DNA from: Eledone cirrhosa
Lineage: Eukaryota
Direction: 5' to 3'
NCBI GenBank assembly: GCA_964016885.1
Contig: OZ024740.1
Location: 219,852,001 to 219,916,000 of the forward strand
Length of the DNA: 64,000 nucleotides
The translations under genes were made by a program, and so were the position numbers. The notes under the pieces were generated by a model that did not search any database, was not told the origin of the DNA, and was given only the letters and a program-made list of their open reading frames with translations. This document shows positions 29,981 to 43,164 of the stretch, in pieces. Within the stretch, counting starts at the first letter, position 1. The number at the start of each line of letters is the position of its first letter.

Positions 29981-30896
29981 TCTATATATATATAAAACTG
30001 AGGATGTCTGTCTGTGTGTGTGTGAGTTTGAATCCCTAAAACTCGAGAACCACCCAACCGACTGTTTTCAAACTTTACACATGTAATACTTATGTTTCAG
30101 GGAGTGTTCTGAGCAAACAAAATTCAAATTTTCAATGCCCTAGGGACCGCATTAGGCGATTTAGCGATCTCTCTTTATAATTCTTAGTCTTTCTCTTTTT
30201 AGATAGATACATACACATAACGTCGCGCCCCTATAATATCTGTCTGTATGTCTGGCTGTCTGCATTACGTCACTTCCTTGAGGATGTCTGTGTGTCTGTG
30301 AGTTTGAATCCCTAAAACACTCGAAGTACCCAACCGATTTTTTTCAAACTTTACATGTGTATTACTTATGTTTCAGAGAGTGTTACGCACATAAAACATT
30401 CAACTCTTTGATCCCCTAGAGCCCGCATTAGTTGAAAAACTGCGTTTTTTCAGGTTTTTAGGGTCTTTTCGAGGCGTTACGTCAGACTGATTTCCTTGAA
30501 ATTGTAACTATGTATTAGTCAGTCTCTTCTTCATACCGTGAGCAAAGAAAATCCAACTTTTTTATGGCTTAGGGCCCGCATTAGGTGAAAAACTTCATTT
30601 CTTCAGCTTTTTTAGGGCTTTTTTGAGGCGTTACGTCTACTTGATTTTCCCGAAATTTCAAAGCATATTATGCACATAAAAAAAATTCATTTTCTTGATC
30701 CCCTCAGGCCCCCATTAGGTGAAAACCTGCATTTTTCCTGCTTCATCGAGGAAAATCTTAGATTATCCAGCCATCAGAGTATTCTGTTTATTTTCTTTAC
30801 ATATTGTTCAGGCATGCAGTTTTTCCACAATTAGGTCTGTTGGCGGCCCGCATTCCAAAATACCTTATCTCGTGCAACGTCGGGTACCACTGCTAG
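29981..30896 (+). mobile_element. Non-autonomous Helitron
   Basis: A|TCTATATATATATAAAA start, subterminal hairpin remnant CTCGTGCAACGTCGGG, CTAG|T end, internal diverged direct repeats. Confidence 0.85.
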
Positions 30897-31220
30897 TATC
30901 CTATATAAGTTATTTAAAACTATTACATCAGAGAGATGGTCATCTAAAATATAGATTATAGGTTATAGAAAATAATGAAGAAATGTATTAACTGTTAACA
31001 TCCTGTAATGATTTAGCAAAAAGTGTCTTAAAAAATCAAGTTTATTCAAACGTTTATAGTAGACAGACTGTTGTGAAAATTTGCAGTATTAGAGTAAAGG
31101 CATTGGATTTTAATGTGATATTGTCACAGTATTGTTTTGTACTTTTTAAGAATGTCTTGCTAATGTGGTTTCATATGGTACAGGATGTTAAGAGTTAACT
31201 TAAGTAACTACAATATTTAC

Positions 31221-31537
31221 CATTTCTGTATGTTTGCAACAGCCTCCTGTGCAAGTTCCCTTGAAATTGGAGAAGATTTTGACCCATGCCAAATGAAGAC
31301 TTTTCCTGTTTGAACATTCAGTAAAATAAAGGAAGACCGGCTTCTTAAGTCTGAGGTGTTTCCACATTCTATTTCAATAAGGCATATTTCATTACTTTTC
31401 CCATTTCTGAGACAGAAGAATTTCCAGGGTTCTTGTGTGTTGGTCTCTTCTTCTTCTCGTTTTCCAATATGAACTATCATCTTACCTCCAAATAAGCTGA
31501 GGAAACAAGGTGGCTCTTTCCCTTCTAATACTCGAAC
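31221..31537 (-). CDS. SVIL: Supervillin exon (VRVLEGKEPPCFL...LRSRSSF...IWHGSK)
   Basis: TAG acceptor, GTAAAT donor, phase 0-2, 317 nt. Confidence 0.96.
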
Positions 31538-31964
31538 CTAAAATGTAGGATAATAAATATCAATAATTTCTCTATATCATCATTGTTTATATGTCTACTT
31601 TTCAATACATATATAGATTTGGTGAGACTAATTTTTTAAACAAGTTTTCCTGTGGCTAAATGTTCTTCCTGACACCAACACATACTTTACTTTTAATTAC
31701 AGTACACACTCCTCATTTATGCCATACTTCTACATTGTGAATGTGTAGGGACATATCGTTTATGCATGTTATAAACAAACATTACTGCTTGCTTTAAATG
31801 GTGTCGAAGAAGACTGATGCATACACACAAATAGATGACACATGTTGAATTTATAAATATATAAATGATAACAAACATTTACTGGTGTGTCTCTAGTCTT
31901 GCCAATACCAGCTAATCATTCAATTGGATAATTAGCTGGCATTATCATTATTATTATTATCCAG

Positions 31965-32170
31965 GGCGGTGGATTGGCAGTATCGGTCGAGGGTCGGACG
32001 CCATGTCTTTGCAGCACAGTTACGTCCCTTTACGGACTGAGTTCAAATCCCTCCGAGGTTAATTTTGCCTTTCATCCTTACGGGGTCGATAAAATAAAGT
32101 ACCAGTAATACACTGGGATAATTGCCGGCCTTGTGCCAAAAGTAGAAACAATTATTATTATTATTATTAT
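31965..32170 (+). mobile_element. tRNA-derived SINE family A, full-length copy
   Basis: GGCGGTGGATTGGCAG...GAGTTCAAATC...GCCTTTCATCCTTACGGGGTCGATAAAATAAAGTACC...(ATT)n. Confidence 0.88.
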
Positions 32171-32343
32171 TAATATTGTGATATTGATGATGTGATGAAA
32201 TATTTTTTTGTAGTCTAATCCAGTATCAAAGTAATATTAAACAGTAGCATCAAATTTTGAAATACCCATCTTTAAAAATTACCAGTTGTCAAAACTTTAA
32301 TAAATTGATCTAAATAGAAATGTAAGTAGTGAGGTAGACTTAC

Positions 32344-32486
32344 TTGTGGTCCTCTCTCTTCATCAAGCTCAACTGTCATCAGAGCAGATGCACCTTTTTC
32401 AGTGATTGTAGAATTTTTACCTTGCCAAAAGAAGTAGGCACATCGCTCACGACCTACAGTAGTTCGTCTAGCTCCAGTTTTGGCTC
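32344..32486 (-). CDS. SVIL: Supervillin exon ([12 protein letters not shown]...[17 protein letters not shown])
   Basis: CAG acceptor, GTAAGT donor, phase 1-0, 143 nt. Confidence 0.96.
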
Positions 32487-33502
32487 CTGGATAAAACAAT
32501 GATAATGATTTTCATGATATACTGAATAGTTATTAGTTTATTTGAAAGGAAAAGAAACACTATCCCTTACTGTGATATATACATGTAAATATTATGATGT
32601 TGGATTTTGTATATTTAACCCTTTTGATATGAACCTGGCCCAAACCCCTCTAGTTCTATGAAACTAAATCACCTATCTTAAAGGGTTCTTATTTAAATTA
32701 TAATCTACTGACATAATTCTATAAAAGAACCATGAGTTAAGTTACTAGCTTAACAATAAAATAATTTATAATTTCAGTAAATTCACCAAAATTCTTCATT
32801 ATTTGATTAAAATAGAATGTACTTCATTAGAAATATGGTCACATAAGGGTGAAAGAAAGGTTTTCTTTAAAGATACTTTATAGCTCTCTCTATCCTTCTA
32901 TAACTAATAGTTTTTTTTTTATTTGCTGGGTCTGGAGGAAGAGACAGTGCCTATAGCCTTCACATTGTCCTCCAAAACCTGAGTGATTGCTGTCTTGATC
33001 ATATCCCAGGGCCAGTAACAAGGACCCCCCCCCCTTTTTAACAATATTTTATAGCTCTCTTTTATACAATTTAAAATACTTTATTTTATTTATTTATTTT
33101 GCAAAGTAAGCAGCACAGTAGTGCTCATCATGGATTTCACAGACTCTCCAAGACCTGAGAGAATGATAGTATTGATGTCTAGAATGTTTGTGTGCATGTA
33201 GTAGCAACAACACTATCTCAAAGTTAGCAACTGATCAGAATTGAAAGATTTTCCTGGACTTGAAAAAGAAAGTGAACCACTGTGATGTATTTTTGTCGCT
33301 GAATTCTAAGATTAAACCCCTGCTGTAGAAGACCATACTTCTGATAATCCCGAGAAAGCAAAGAAGGTAATGGTTAAGAAAAATATATACCAGTACATAC
33401 TGGGCTGATTCAATTGATTATTATACACCCCTTCTCCGTCTATTACATATTTGTGATCTTTTGTCAATGTAAGTCATTAATTCTTTTCTTAGAAATCCTT
33501 AA

Positions 33503-33720
33503 CCCTTTTGATACTAAACTGTCTAAAACCATACCTGGTTCTATGAGAAAAAACTGTTCATTTTATCTAAAACTGTTCCATCAGAATTTTATGTCCCAAA
33601 TACCAGCTTAATAACAAAAAGTTAGTTATATTGTTAAATCCCACCAAATATGTGATTATTTTTAAATGATCTGAAAACCATAGGCATGTGTCTTTCATTA
33701 GAAATATGTTAATGAAAGGC
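33503..33720. mobile_element. TTAA-flanked MITE (piggyBac-like), family 1
   Basis: TTAA|CCCTTTTGATAC...GAAAGGC|TTAA. Related copies at about 3460-3820, 32617-32850, 35850-36095, 38204-38426 and 47098-47330. Confidence 0.7.
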
Positions 33721-33851
33721 TTAAAACCAGGGATATTTTAGGAAAAGTTAAATGAGACGTTTGGATAGTCATGCCTTAATGCATTTAATATATGTCTTGG
33801 TGAATTTCCCAAACAACTGATAATTAAGAAGAGAGAAAAATAATGAGTTAC

Positions 33852-34021
33852 CTGTAGCTACTATTCTGTATTCCCATCTCACAACATAGGTATCTCCATC
33901 GTGAAACTGGCCATTGCTGATAGGATCTAGTTTATAATGGTCAAACTCAAGAATATGCCATACTGTCACTGCTATCGTTGTTATCTCAAAATTCTGAATG
34001 AAACCATCCATGTCTTCTTTC
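33852..34021 (-). CDS. SVIL: Supervillin exon (VWHILEFD...GQFHDGDTYVVRWEY)
   Basis: CAG acceptor, GTAACT donor, phase 2-1, 170 nt; gelsolin repeat. Confidence 0.95.
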
Positions 34022-34109
34022 CTGCAAAAAAAGATATAAGCCATTAAAATTTAATATTGCCACTAATACATAACCCATTGTTTTATGGATAATAAATTAT
34101 ATTTAGTTT

Positions 34110-34990
34110 CTGTACCAATCTGGTGCCTTTCTAGAGATCCAGGTCACCCGGCACACATGAGTCAGCCAGAGAATACCTTCTCTATTTAAGGTTTTTAACA
34201 TCTCAGGCCAGATTTCATCTTCCCCAGTGGCTTTGCCACATTTGAGCAATTTAACTGCTCTTGTGACTTCAGCCTCTGAGAGATTAGTGACCACTTCCAG
34301 ATGCATCTTGTGTACATCAGAAGATGCTGTTATGATCAGCAAAGTATTCTCGCCACCTCACAAGGATGCACTTCTCTGAAGAGAGGAGAACCCCAGACGC
34401 ATTCCTGATAGCAGGTGTGGAGGAGAACCTTTTATTATGAACTCAGCAGAACACTTTATCTGGAGTCAGATTCCAGCTTAATGCCAAAGTTCTCCCATGT
34501 CTTAAGTTTGGATGCCTTTACTGTTTATGCTGTGATTCTTCATTCTTGCTTGTACTGCAAGTGCAAGGTGGAGGACTTATTTCCAAGCCAAGCTTTGAAG
34601 GCCTCCTTCTTTGCTCGGATGGCATCTTTGACCTCTTGATTGAACCAAGGGGTCCTCTTGCCATCTAGCATCACACCAAACCACTTTAGCCTGCAGCATT
34701 TAACAGCTGAAGCAGAAACTGCTGAGCTGAACAATATCCACTCTGTCTCAATGCCTCAGTTTGCACAGGGAGTTCTCTGAATTTGGATCCTTCCTTAACC
34801 ACCAACGCTTCCCACTTTATCCTGTAGGTCGCCCTGGACCTGCCAGTTTTATATGCTTCTTTGGCTTTAGGTAGTTTCAAGTTGCAGATAACTAGATGGT
34901 GATCAGTTGACAGCACAGCCCCTCTCTTCACACGAGCATCCAGCACAGAATCGAAGAAATCAGAGACAATAACAAAATCAATTATTGAAA
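34110..34990 (-). mobile_element. RTE (Expander/Rex3-like) LINE fragment
   Basis: DARVKRGAVLSTDHHLV, RTPWFNQEVKDAIRAKKEAFKAWL and GKATGEDEIWPEMLK across shifted frames. Confidence 0.8.
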
Positions 34991-35503
34991 ACGTCAGTAT
35001 CTCTAAATGGTAAACAAAACTATTAAAAGTTCTAAATATAACATATTTATGCAGGAATACACAAAATTATCACTTTGAGAGAAAGAAAACTACCAAAATG
35101 CTATGGCACTGTACCTCATTTATATTTGATTAATTAAAAATATATTCTTTTATTCTTTTACTGGTTGCAATTATTAGGCTCTGAATTTGATTCCACTGCA
35201 TGGCATCATGGACAAGTGTCATATTCAATAACCTTGACTCGACCCGTGCCTTGTGAGTGGAATTGGGGAGATGGAAATTATTTGGAAGCCCATTGAATGG
35301 GCTGTACCTATAATTTAAAGGTCCAACCTTGTTACACCCTTTGTCTTACTGAATCTCCCTGAGAAATGTTATAGGTACATGTGCCTGAACTTACACATTA
35401 ACTTCATGAGCAGGCTGTTCAGTTGATCAAACAACTGAAACACTGATCATTGAAACCAACAAAGATCAATTCTATCATATGTATTAAAATCAAATTAACT
35501 TAC

Positions 35504-35619
35504 CAGTGTGTTCCTCTGCCAACATTACTGCCTTCAAGAACCAATAACACAGGCCCTGGGAAAAGTCTCTCAGCCAACTTTTTACCATCATAAGCTACCA
35601 AGTCACTGTTGTCTGTTTG
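35504..35619 (-). CDS. SVIL: Supervillin exon (QTDNSDLVAYD...LEGSNVGRGTH)
   Basis: TAG acceptor, GTAAGT donor, phase 0-2, 116 nt; LxGxNVGRG motif. Confidence 0.92.
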
Positions 35620-36170
35620 CTAACAAAATATAAACAATAAACTGGTATAAACAAAAACAAAACATACCAAAGAGGAGGCTTTACATTCACAAAAGTTAAA
35701 ATTCTTAAATCGCCAAAAGAGGTTAATAATTTATTTGCATATGTATGGAAATATACAAAGTAAATCCAAGAGTTACCAAAAGAACAATGGTAAAGAAACA
35801 GATATATTTTTAGTAATTTTATCAACAAAATTCCATAACTTGGTACCTGAACCCTTTTGATACTAAACCATCTGAAAATGCCCTTCATTTTAAGATGTAT
35901 GACTGTTTTACAGTATTTGTATTAATTTACAAACCTTCCATTATAATTTTATGTAAGAACCTTTATTAAGTTATCTTCCAAAGACCATGAAAAAATTAGT
36001 TATATTACTATATCCTTTCAAATATTTTGACTATTTTCAAAATTTTTTAAACACATTTGTGGTGTCTTTTATTAGAAATATAGTAATAGAAAGGTTAAAA
36101 TACATTTGATTTTCAAATGGTGCTCTACAAAAATACAAAGGCATACTCCATGTTGTATAAATATACTTAC

Positions 36171-36340
36171 TTTTGTTAGATTTGTCTCTTGGCTCTTCAC
36201 CTTAATCAATCGAGTGGAATCAGGCCAGTCAGCGAATTTCTCTCGAAAAACTATAGTTTCCATATTTTCATTGACTTTGCCAAATATAGCCCAACTGGGA
36301 CGGTTACAACCTACATTATTTGTATCCCTTTCTGAAGATA
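36171..36340 (-). CDS. SVIL: Supervillin exon (RPSWAIFGKVNENMETIVFREKFADWPD)
   Basis: CAG acceptor, GTAAGT donor, phase 1-0, 170 nt. Confidence 0.94.
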
Positions 36341-37324
36341 CTGAAAATAAAAATAGTTTTTTTCTTTAGTTATTTGTTCTGTAATATCACCATCATCATC
36401 ATTTTATGTCCATTTTCCAATTGGCATGTTTTGGACAGTTTGTTACAGATCAGGTCAGTACTTAATCAGCTTTGCTGTCCTCCTAGAGAGGTTGGGGCTC
36501 ATGCCTCACTCAATATGTTTTATTTCTAGCAAGTATAGGTTGGATAATTCTGTAAATTCAGAATTTTTATTTTCTACAAAATGTAATCATTCTAGTATAT
36601 AAAACTTATTTCACATGATGAATATGGATAGAAGAATGGATAAATGGTTGAGAAGTTTACTTCAGAATCATGAGAGTGTGGGATTGATCCAACTGCATGA
36701 TGTCTTGGAAAGTGTCTTTTACCATAGCATTGAGTAGACAGTGACTGTTTAGAAGCCTATCAAATGGATTGCATATGTAATTCAAAGGGCCTATGCTAGT
36801 CTTGTCACACACCGTGCCATGCTGAATCTTTCTGAAAATAGCTGGTGCCACAATAAAATGCACCCAGTACACTCAGTAAAGGGGATGTTGATAGGAATGG
36901 CATCCAGAAACATGCCCAAATTGGAATGTAAGCAAGACATGACCCCCTAGCCTGTATGAGAGGGCAGTAACTTATATTAAATACTGACTTGGCCCATAAC
37001 AATCCATCCAACCCAGGCCAGCATGGAAAAACAGATGTTAAATAATGATGATAACTGCTTATGGAATACTCAGCCACTTACAAGTTGATTTCACAATTTG
37101 GCTATTTTATTGACTGAACAATTGGAATGCAGAAGTTCATTTATTTATGAATACATTAAATTTATTTTTATATCTATTTTCCCACACTATCAAAAGTAAA
37201 GTGATTTTAGATAAAAGATGATTTTTACAACTAGATATTTTTACTACACACAGACTGTATTAAAACATGAAATTACAATATGTTGCTAAAATTATTTAAA
37301 GAATAAAAATGATTTAATACATAC

Positions 37325-37481
37325 ATCTTAGAGGAGATATTGGATTTATTCTTGAAGATTCATAATTGTAGCCTTTGTTCCAAAGCTGCTGAGCAAGTTC
37401 AAGCCCTAGCTTTTTCTTCAAAGGTGAGGCTTTCTTTCCCTGCCACACATATAGTTCACAGCCAAAATCAAAGACTAATAC
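37325..37481 (-). CDS. SVIL: Supervillin exon (VLVFDFGCELYVWQGK...INPISPLR)
   Basis: CAG acceptor, GTATGT donor, phase 0-1, 157 nt; gelsolin repeat. Confidence 0.95.
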
Positions 37482-37976
37482 CTGAAAGATATAAATATAT
37501 GTATATAACATAATTCTTTGTTTTATAAGTTTGCTAAATAAATACACTAAACATGCACTGAATGAAATACTGTTTATATGATTATAGAATCAAAATAATT
37601 GTTAAATATTTGTAATTACTAGTGACTGCTTACTTTAAAGTTTTGCTGAAATTACCCGCCTCTCAAAACAATTTTGTAATTGCAAGCAAGTATCTAATGG
37701 CAACTCTTAATATTTCATAATGATATAGAAGAACATCTTTTATGGCTTTGATAATTCAAATATAATTTTTAAGAATGTCTTACTAATGTGGCTTCATGTG
37801 GTACAAGACATTAAAATTTAAAGCATATAATTCAAATTTGCATATAAGACCCAGATGATAACAAAAAAGTGAGTCATATATGCTATTCTAATACAGTAAC
37901 CAATGGTAAAATACACAAATCACTTGAAAAAACAACAAAGGATTGAGTTATATTTATATAATCATAGCATTTTTAA

Positions 37977-38196
37977 CCCTTTAGCATTTACATTACTTTA
38001 TATATAGTATTGTATTTTCACAGTAAAGGCTTTATCTTACACAATATCTCACATAACATCAACTCTACAAGGTTTTGATGTTATTTATTTTGTGAACAAT
38101 ACCTTAACATCAATTTGAACGGCCAATTATGGCCGGTTGGGACAGAAAGAGGTGAGAGAATTCTGGTTGGATATGGCTGGTTTAAATGCTAAAAGG
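37977..38196. mobile_element. TTAA-flanked MITE (piggyBac-like), family 2
   Basis: TTAA|CCCTTTAGCATTTA...TAAATGCTAAAAGG|TTAA. Related copies near 22991 and 51530. Confidence 0.8.
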
Positions 38197-38494
38197 TTAA
38201 ACATCCTTTTGATACCAAGCCACTCAAAACCATCCCTGTTTCTACAATACAACTGTTTGTTTTGAAGTGTTTATATTTATCTAAAAATCTCTCATCATAT
38301 TTTTATGCAAAAACATTTGTTATATTCCAAACACCGGATAAATGATAAGAAATCTTTCCACATTTTTGATTATTTTCAAAATGATTTGAAATATATTTCA
38401 TTAGTAATATGTTATTGAAAGGATTAACTGAAATTATAATTGTTTTTCATTAAAAAAATATGGTAACGAAAAGTTTAATGAAGTATTTACTAAC

Positions 38495-38640
38495 TTCATT
38501 ATTCTTCAACATTTCATGTTTTGGAGAATCTCCCCAGTATTCCTCATATGGTTTCAAGCTATTCTTTTCAATTTTATAGATCATATTTGTACTAATTATA
38601 GCATTCTCATACAGTTCATCTTCTTCAGGAAGACCACACT
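38495..38640 (-). CDS. SVIL: Supervillin exon (CGLPEEDELYE...YWGDSPKHEMLKNNE)
   Basis: CAG acceptor, GTTAGT donor, phase 1-0, 146 nt; PEEDELYE motif. Confidence 0.94.
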
Positions 38641-38877
38641 CTGAAAAAGAAAAAAAAAATATCAGACCAGGGCTGAATACATTATCTTGAATATTATTAC
38701 TGGCAAAGTTATAGCTGAAACATGTCTGTGACTTTGCTTTAACCATATTATTGGTTTTAGTCCTTACACAGCAGTCATGCTGGAGCAACCCTTTCAAGGG
38801 ATTTTTAGTCAATCATATTGAATCTGAACCTACTTTTCAAATCTAGTAAACACACACATTCACAATCATACACACAT

Positions 38878-38912
<35 letters not shown>

Positions 38913-39439
38913 TACATCCATACATACACACACACGAACTTTCAAACACATGCACTATAGGCTTAAATCTACCAAATTTCACGCACAATGCATTGGTAAA
39001 TCTGAAACATTAGTAGGAGAAACTTGCTCAAGGAGCTATGTCATGGAATTGAACCTGAATTCCTTAACCATACATCTATGTCTATGTCCATATAAAAAAA
39101 TCACAATTGTACTTTTTCAATATGGAAGTCTAATTATTGAACCTTATAATGAAGTAAGAATGTTGTAACCTATAGTTCTAATGAATAATTATATAAATAG
39201 TTTTTATCCCAACAAGGAAAACAATGCCTGCAATAACATATGAACTCACAATCTTTGAGAATCTTTCTCTTATACTTTTCCAGTATAGTAAATAGCATTT
39301 GTATATCTATTCTGAAATATGTATGAATAAAGCTGTTTCCATAAAAGAGGGATGTTCAGTAAAACTGATTGAAAATTATGCTAACATATACAATATATGA
39401 TACAGCTGATAAATTAATACATATCTATATATATATATA

Positions 39440-39845
39440 TCATCATCATCATGTTATGTCTGCTGTTCCATGCTTGCATGGGTTGGATGGGTCCTTTTCA
39501 GTACTACATCTCTCTGCTTGTCTCATTCCTTTGTCATTTCCTCAGTGAGCTTTAGCGATTTGAGGTCAGTACTCACCACTTCCATCCAGGTTTTCCTTGA
39601 TCTTCATCTGCTGTGGCTTCCTTTCACTGAGATTACTTGGCACTTCTACACCCAGCAATCACCATCCATGTGCATCACATGTCCATGCCAAAGTAGTCTC
39701 CACTCCTAAACACTACTTCTGATTTCTCTTAAACCCAGTTTCCCTCAGAACATCCATGGTTTGTCTTTCTAACACATTAACATTGCACATCCATCAAAGC
39801 ATTCTTACCTCATTTCTCTCCCGCCTTTGCATGTCCTCTGCATTT
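39440..39845 (-). mobile_element. Decayed RTE-like LINE 3' end
   Basis: Minus-strand remnants HGHVM and RSRKTWMEVV, with a (GAT)n tail. Confidence 0.6.
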
Positions 39846-39987
39846 ATTTTTATATATTTACTAAAACATTGCTTTGTGAGTGAATTTGGAAGGAAAAACC
39901 TTTATGGAAGCCTGTACAGTTTCTATTTACCAAATATGTAAATATATATATATATATATATATATATAGTGGTAAAAATTGGGAGAT

Positions 39988-40202
39988 TATATCTGTAGTT
40001 GGTAGAGCACTCAGTCCAAAGGACAAATTTGGTATAGAGTTAGTTCCACAAGAAATTAGCAAACCATACTCAAGGATGCGCATTTCTCCGGAAGTCTGGT
40101 GAAATACGTGTCCTCAAGTATGGCTTGCTAATTTGTTGTGGAACAACGAACTCTATACTGAACTAATCCTTTTGACTGAATGCTCTATCAACTACAGATA
40201 TA
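39988..40202. mobile_element. Hairpin MITE-like element
   Basis: TIR ATATCTGTAGTTGGTAGAGCA/TGCTCTATCAACTACAGATAT, with pairing continuing nearly to the centre. Confidence 0.75.
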
Positions 40203-40570
40203 TATATTTTTTATCTGTAGTTGGTAGATGATGATGATATATATATTCCATAATCTTTATGGAAACCTGTATGGTTTCTATCTACCAAATGTGCATATAT
40301 ATATGTGTGTGTGTGTGTGTGTGTATAAATATATGCACATTTAGTAGATAGAAACCATACAGGTTTCCATAAAGATTCCTTCAGCTAAATTCATTCATAA
40401 GGCATTACTTGACTCAATATTATAGCAAAAGACAATACCCAAGGTGCTATACAAAGGACTAGAACCTGAAACCACATGGTTGCAAAGTGATTTTCTTAAA
40501 CACAACCATAAACAATTCTGAATACTGAAAAATTCTTTAAAAGACAAATATTTTAAAACTTAAGTTATAC

Positions 40571-40712
40571 CTTGACAATCATCAGGAGAACCTTGGAGTA
40601 AATCCCAAAATACAGGATTCGATGATTTCTTGCTGTCAGTAACCACATATGGTGCTGTTGATCTATAGCCAAGATCTCTTTTCTGTTGAACATGGGCTGC
40701 TATATCTGCAGA
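40571..40712 (-). CDS. SVIL: Supervillin exon (SADIAAHVQQKRDLG...FWDLLQG)
   Basis: TAG acceptor, GTATAA donor, phase 0-1, 142 nt. Absent from the ORF track; translated by eye. Confidence 0.93.
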
Positions 40713-41017
40713 CTAAAACAACAACAAATATATATAAATAATAATATATAATGAGAATAATTGTTTCTACTTTAGGCACAAGGCCAGCAATTACCCAGTG
40801 TATTACTGGTACTTTATTTTATCGACCCTGTAAGGATGAAAAGCAAAGTCAACCTCGGCGGGATTTGAACTCAGATCATAAAGGGACGTAACTATGCTGG
40901 AAAGCATGGCGTCCGACCCTCTACCGATACTGCCAATCCACCAATGATAATAATAATAGTTTCTGATTTAGGCACAAGGCCAAACATCATTTGAAATTTT
41001 ATTTGTAACATCATCAT

Positions 41018-41364
41018 GGAGGCACATGGCTTAGTGGTTAGAGCATTGGCCTTGCAATCGAAAGGTTGTGAGTTCAATTCTCAGACCGGGTGATGTGTTG
41101 TTTCCTTGAGCAAGACACTTTATTTCACGTTGCTCCAGTTTACTCAGCTGTAGAAATGAGATGATAGGGACTGGGGTCCCTATCATTCCACTGCAAAGTG
41201 GTCGTGGAGGTGCCACGGCAAAAAAAGCACCCAGCACTCACTGTAAATGAGGTTGGTGTTAGGAAGGGCATCCAGCTGTAGAAATCAAGCCAGAATCAGT
41301 TCCCGTCCCACCCTTGCAAGCAGGGAACAAGCGGACGTAAAATGATGATGATGATGATGATGAT
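41018..41364 (+). mobile_element. SINE family B, full-length copy
   Basis: tRNA-like A/B boxes, CORE-like CCTTGAGCAAGACACTT and a LINE-like tail ending in (GAT)n; nearly identical to 48222-48565. Confidence 0.9.
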
Positions 41365-41412
41365 CATATTACTTCAATAGAAACAACAATAAGAATAATG
41401 TTGGTCTCTTAC

Positions 41413-41549
41413 CTTAGCTTTCTCAATGACATTACTAAATTCTCCTGCCCAATTAATGATTTTATCTGGTGTTACAAGAACATAACAGTCACCATGGTTC
41501 ACAGATTTGGCACAAGGCTCAACCAGTCTACTTTGAACATGTCTTCGAC
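41413..41549 (-). CDS. SVIL: Supervillin exon (GRRHVQSRLVEP...NVIEKAK)
   Basis: AAG acceptor, GTAAGA donor, phase 1-0, 137 nt; gelsolin repeat. Confidence 0.95.
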
Positions 41550-42272
41550 CTTTAATATAAAACACAAACAGTCAATTATAATAATCTTCAATAGCTTCTG
41601 TTCTGCAATGTAGCAATTATTAGAAAGTAGTATTTAATAAGATAGAGTTATATCTGTATATACACAATAGAGAGGTAACCAAAGGTGTATATATATATTT
41701 ATTTATATCTTTAGAAAATAGACATATAAGCATACCAAATATACATATTTCTCTGTAAACTGAAACAATTATGAATACTTTTAATCAATTTTCAGACCTA
41801 GTTGGGTCTTCTAAGAGTTAATGCAATTCCCAAGATCATTCAACATGGCACATTATGTGACAAGACTGGACTTTTGAATTAGAGATGCAGTCCATCCAGC
41901 AAGCTACATAATTCCTCTCACAAGGCATGAGTCGACCTGAATCTATGGTAAATGAATGACATAAGCCCAACATGTCACAAAGTGGGATTGAAACCAAGAC
42001 ATCATAGTTGTAAAGGGAATTTCTAAATCACTCAATCATCAAGATTTGCAAGCAACAGGGAGCTATTACACATGCTTCTGATAGATAAGTCTGAAGCTCA
42101 ACTTTTGATTCTTAGTTGTTACTATTTTATTTCACTAACACAGTTTCTACCACATAGAAATCCTACAATCTCATTACCTTTATATCTGAGAGCATGTAGC
42201 AGTAGAAAGAATCAACATTCCCTATCAACTGTGTTAGCTAAGCAGACTTATAACATTGGTAACAATTATATA

Positions 42273-43164
42273 CAGGGTGCGGACGATATTTATTCGCAAT
42301 TTTCAACTGCTAATTTTATGCAAATTTTTTTTACTTCCGTTGTCACTCTTGTCTTCATAAAAATAGTGACTATATTTCCATTATTTATTTTCAGAATAAT
42401 TGATTATGAATAATTTTTAACCTCCAAATCTGTGGAAGAGACACAGAGTTCTTCTTGGAATCCGCGCTGGGAGGACAAATAAGACCAGAAGATCAACTCC
42501 CAGAACAACAGGTGGCTCGCTGTCTCATCCAAAGACTTACCCAGAGTCATGCAGACAAAGTTTCCAGCGACAACATTGGTCTTAGGTGTCATCAGCAGTC
42601 AAGGTGACGTCATCCCACCTCACTTCTTCCCTGAGGGCCTCAAGCTGAACACCGATGGCTACATCCGTGTTCTGAGCAAGGTAGTAAAGCCCTGGATCGA
42701 CCAGGTAGCTGCAGGTAGGCCGTACGTGTGGCAGCAAGACTCAGCGCCCTGCCATACCAGCCGAAAGACCCAAGCCTGGCTGTCAGAGAACTTCGTCGAC
42801 CACACTTCACCTGACATCTGGCCTCCTAGCTCGCCTGACTGCAGCCCCCTCGACTTCTTTGTGTGGGGCGCAGTGGAACGAGACACCAACAGATCTAGCT
42901 GCAATACGAACGATGATCTGAAGGCCAGGATCACAAGTGCCTTTAGGGGCCTAAGTCGGGGGACAGTGACGAAGGCCTGTAGCCGGTTCCGAGGCCGCCT
43001 TGAGGCCGTCATCAAAGCCAATGGTGGGTTTATCAAGTGAGATTGAAAGAAAAAGTCATGAAGACAAACTGACCCAAGTTTGATAAATAAATCTTAAAAA
43101 ATAAAACTACTGTGTTATTTTTTCCTAGACAGTAATCTTGCGAACAGATATCGTCTGCAGCCTG
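42273..43164 (+). mobile_element. Internally deleted Tc1/mariner-superfamily DD37D (maT) transposon
   Basis: TA duplication, imperfect TIRs CAGGGTGCGGACGATAT/ATATCGTCTGCAGCCTG. ORF 42549-43040 reads WQQDSAPCH...WPPSSPDCSPLD with 37 residues between the two Asp; the N-terminal DNA-binding region is missing. Confidence 0.93.

Noticed and set aside
41018-41095. tRNA-like sequences with A and B boxes
   Set aside because: They are heads of multi-copy SINEs that continue into CORE-like and LINE-tail sequence, not tRNA genes.
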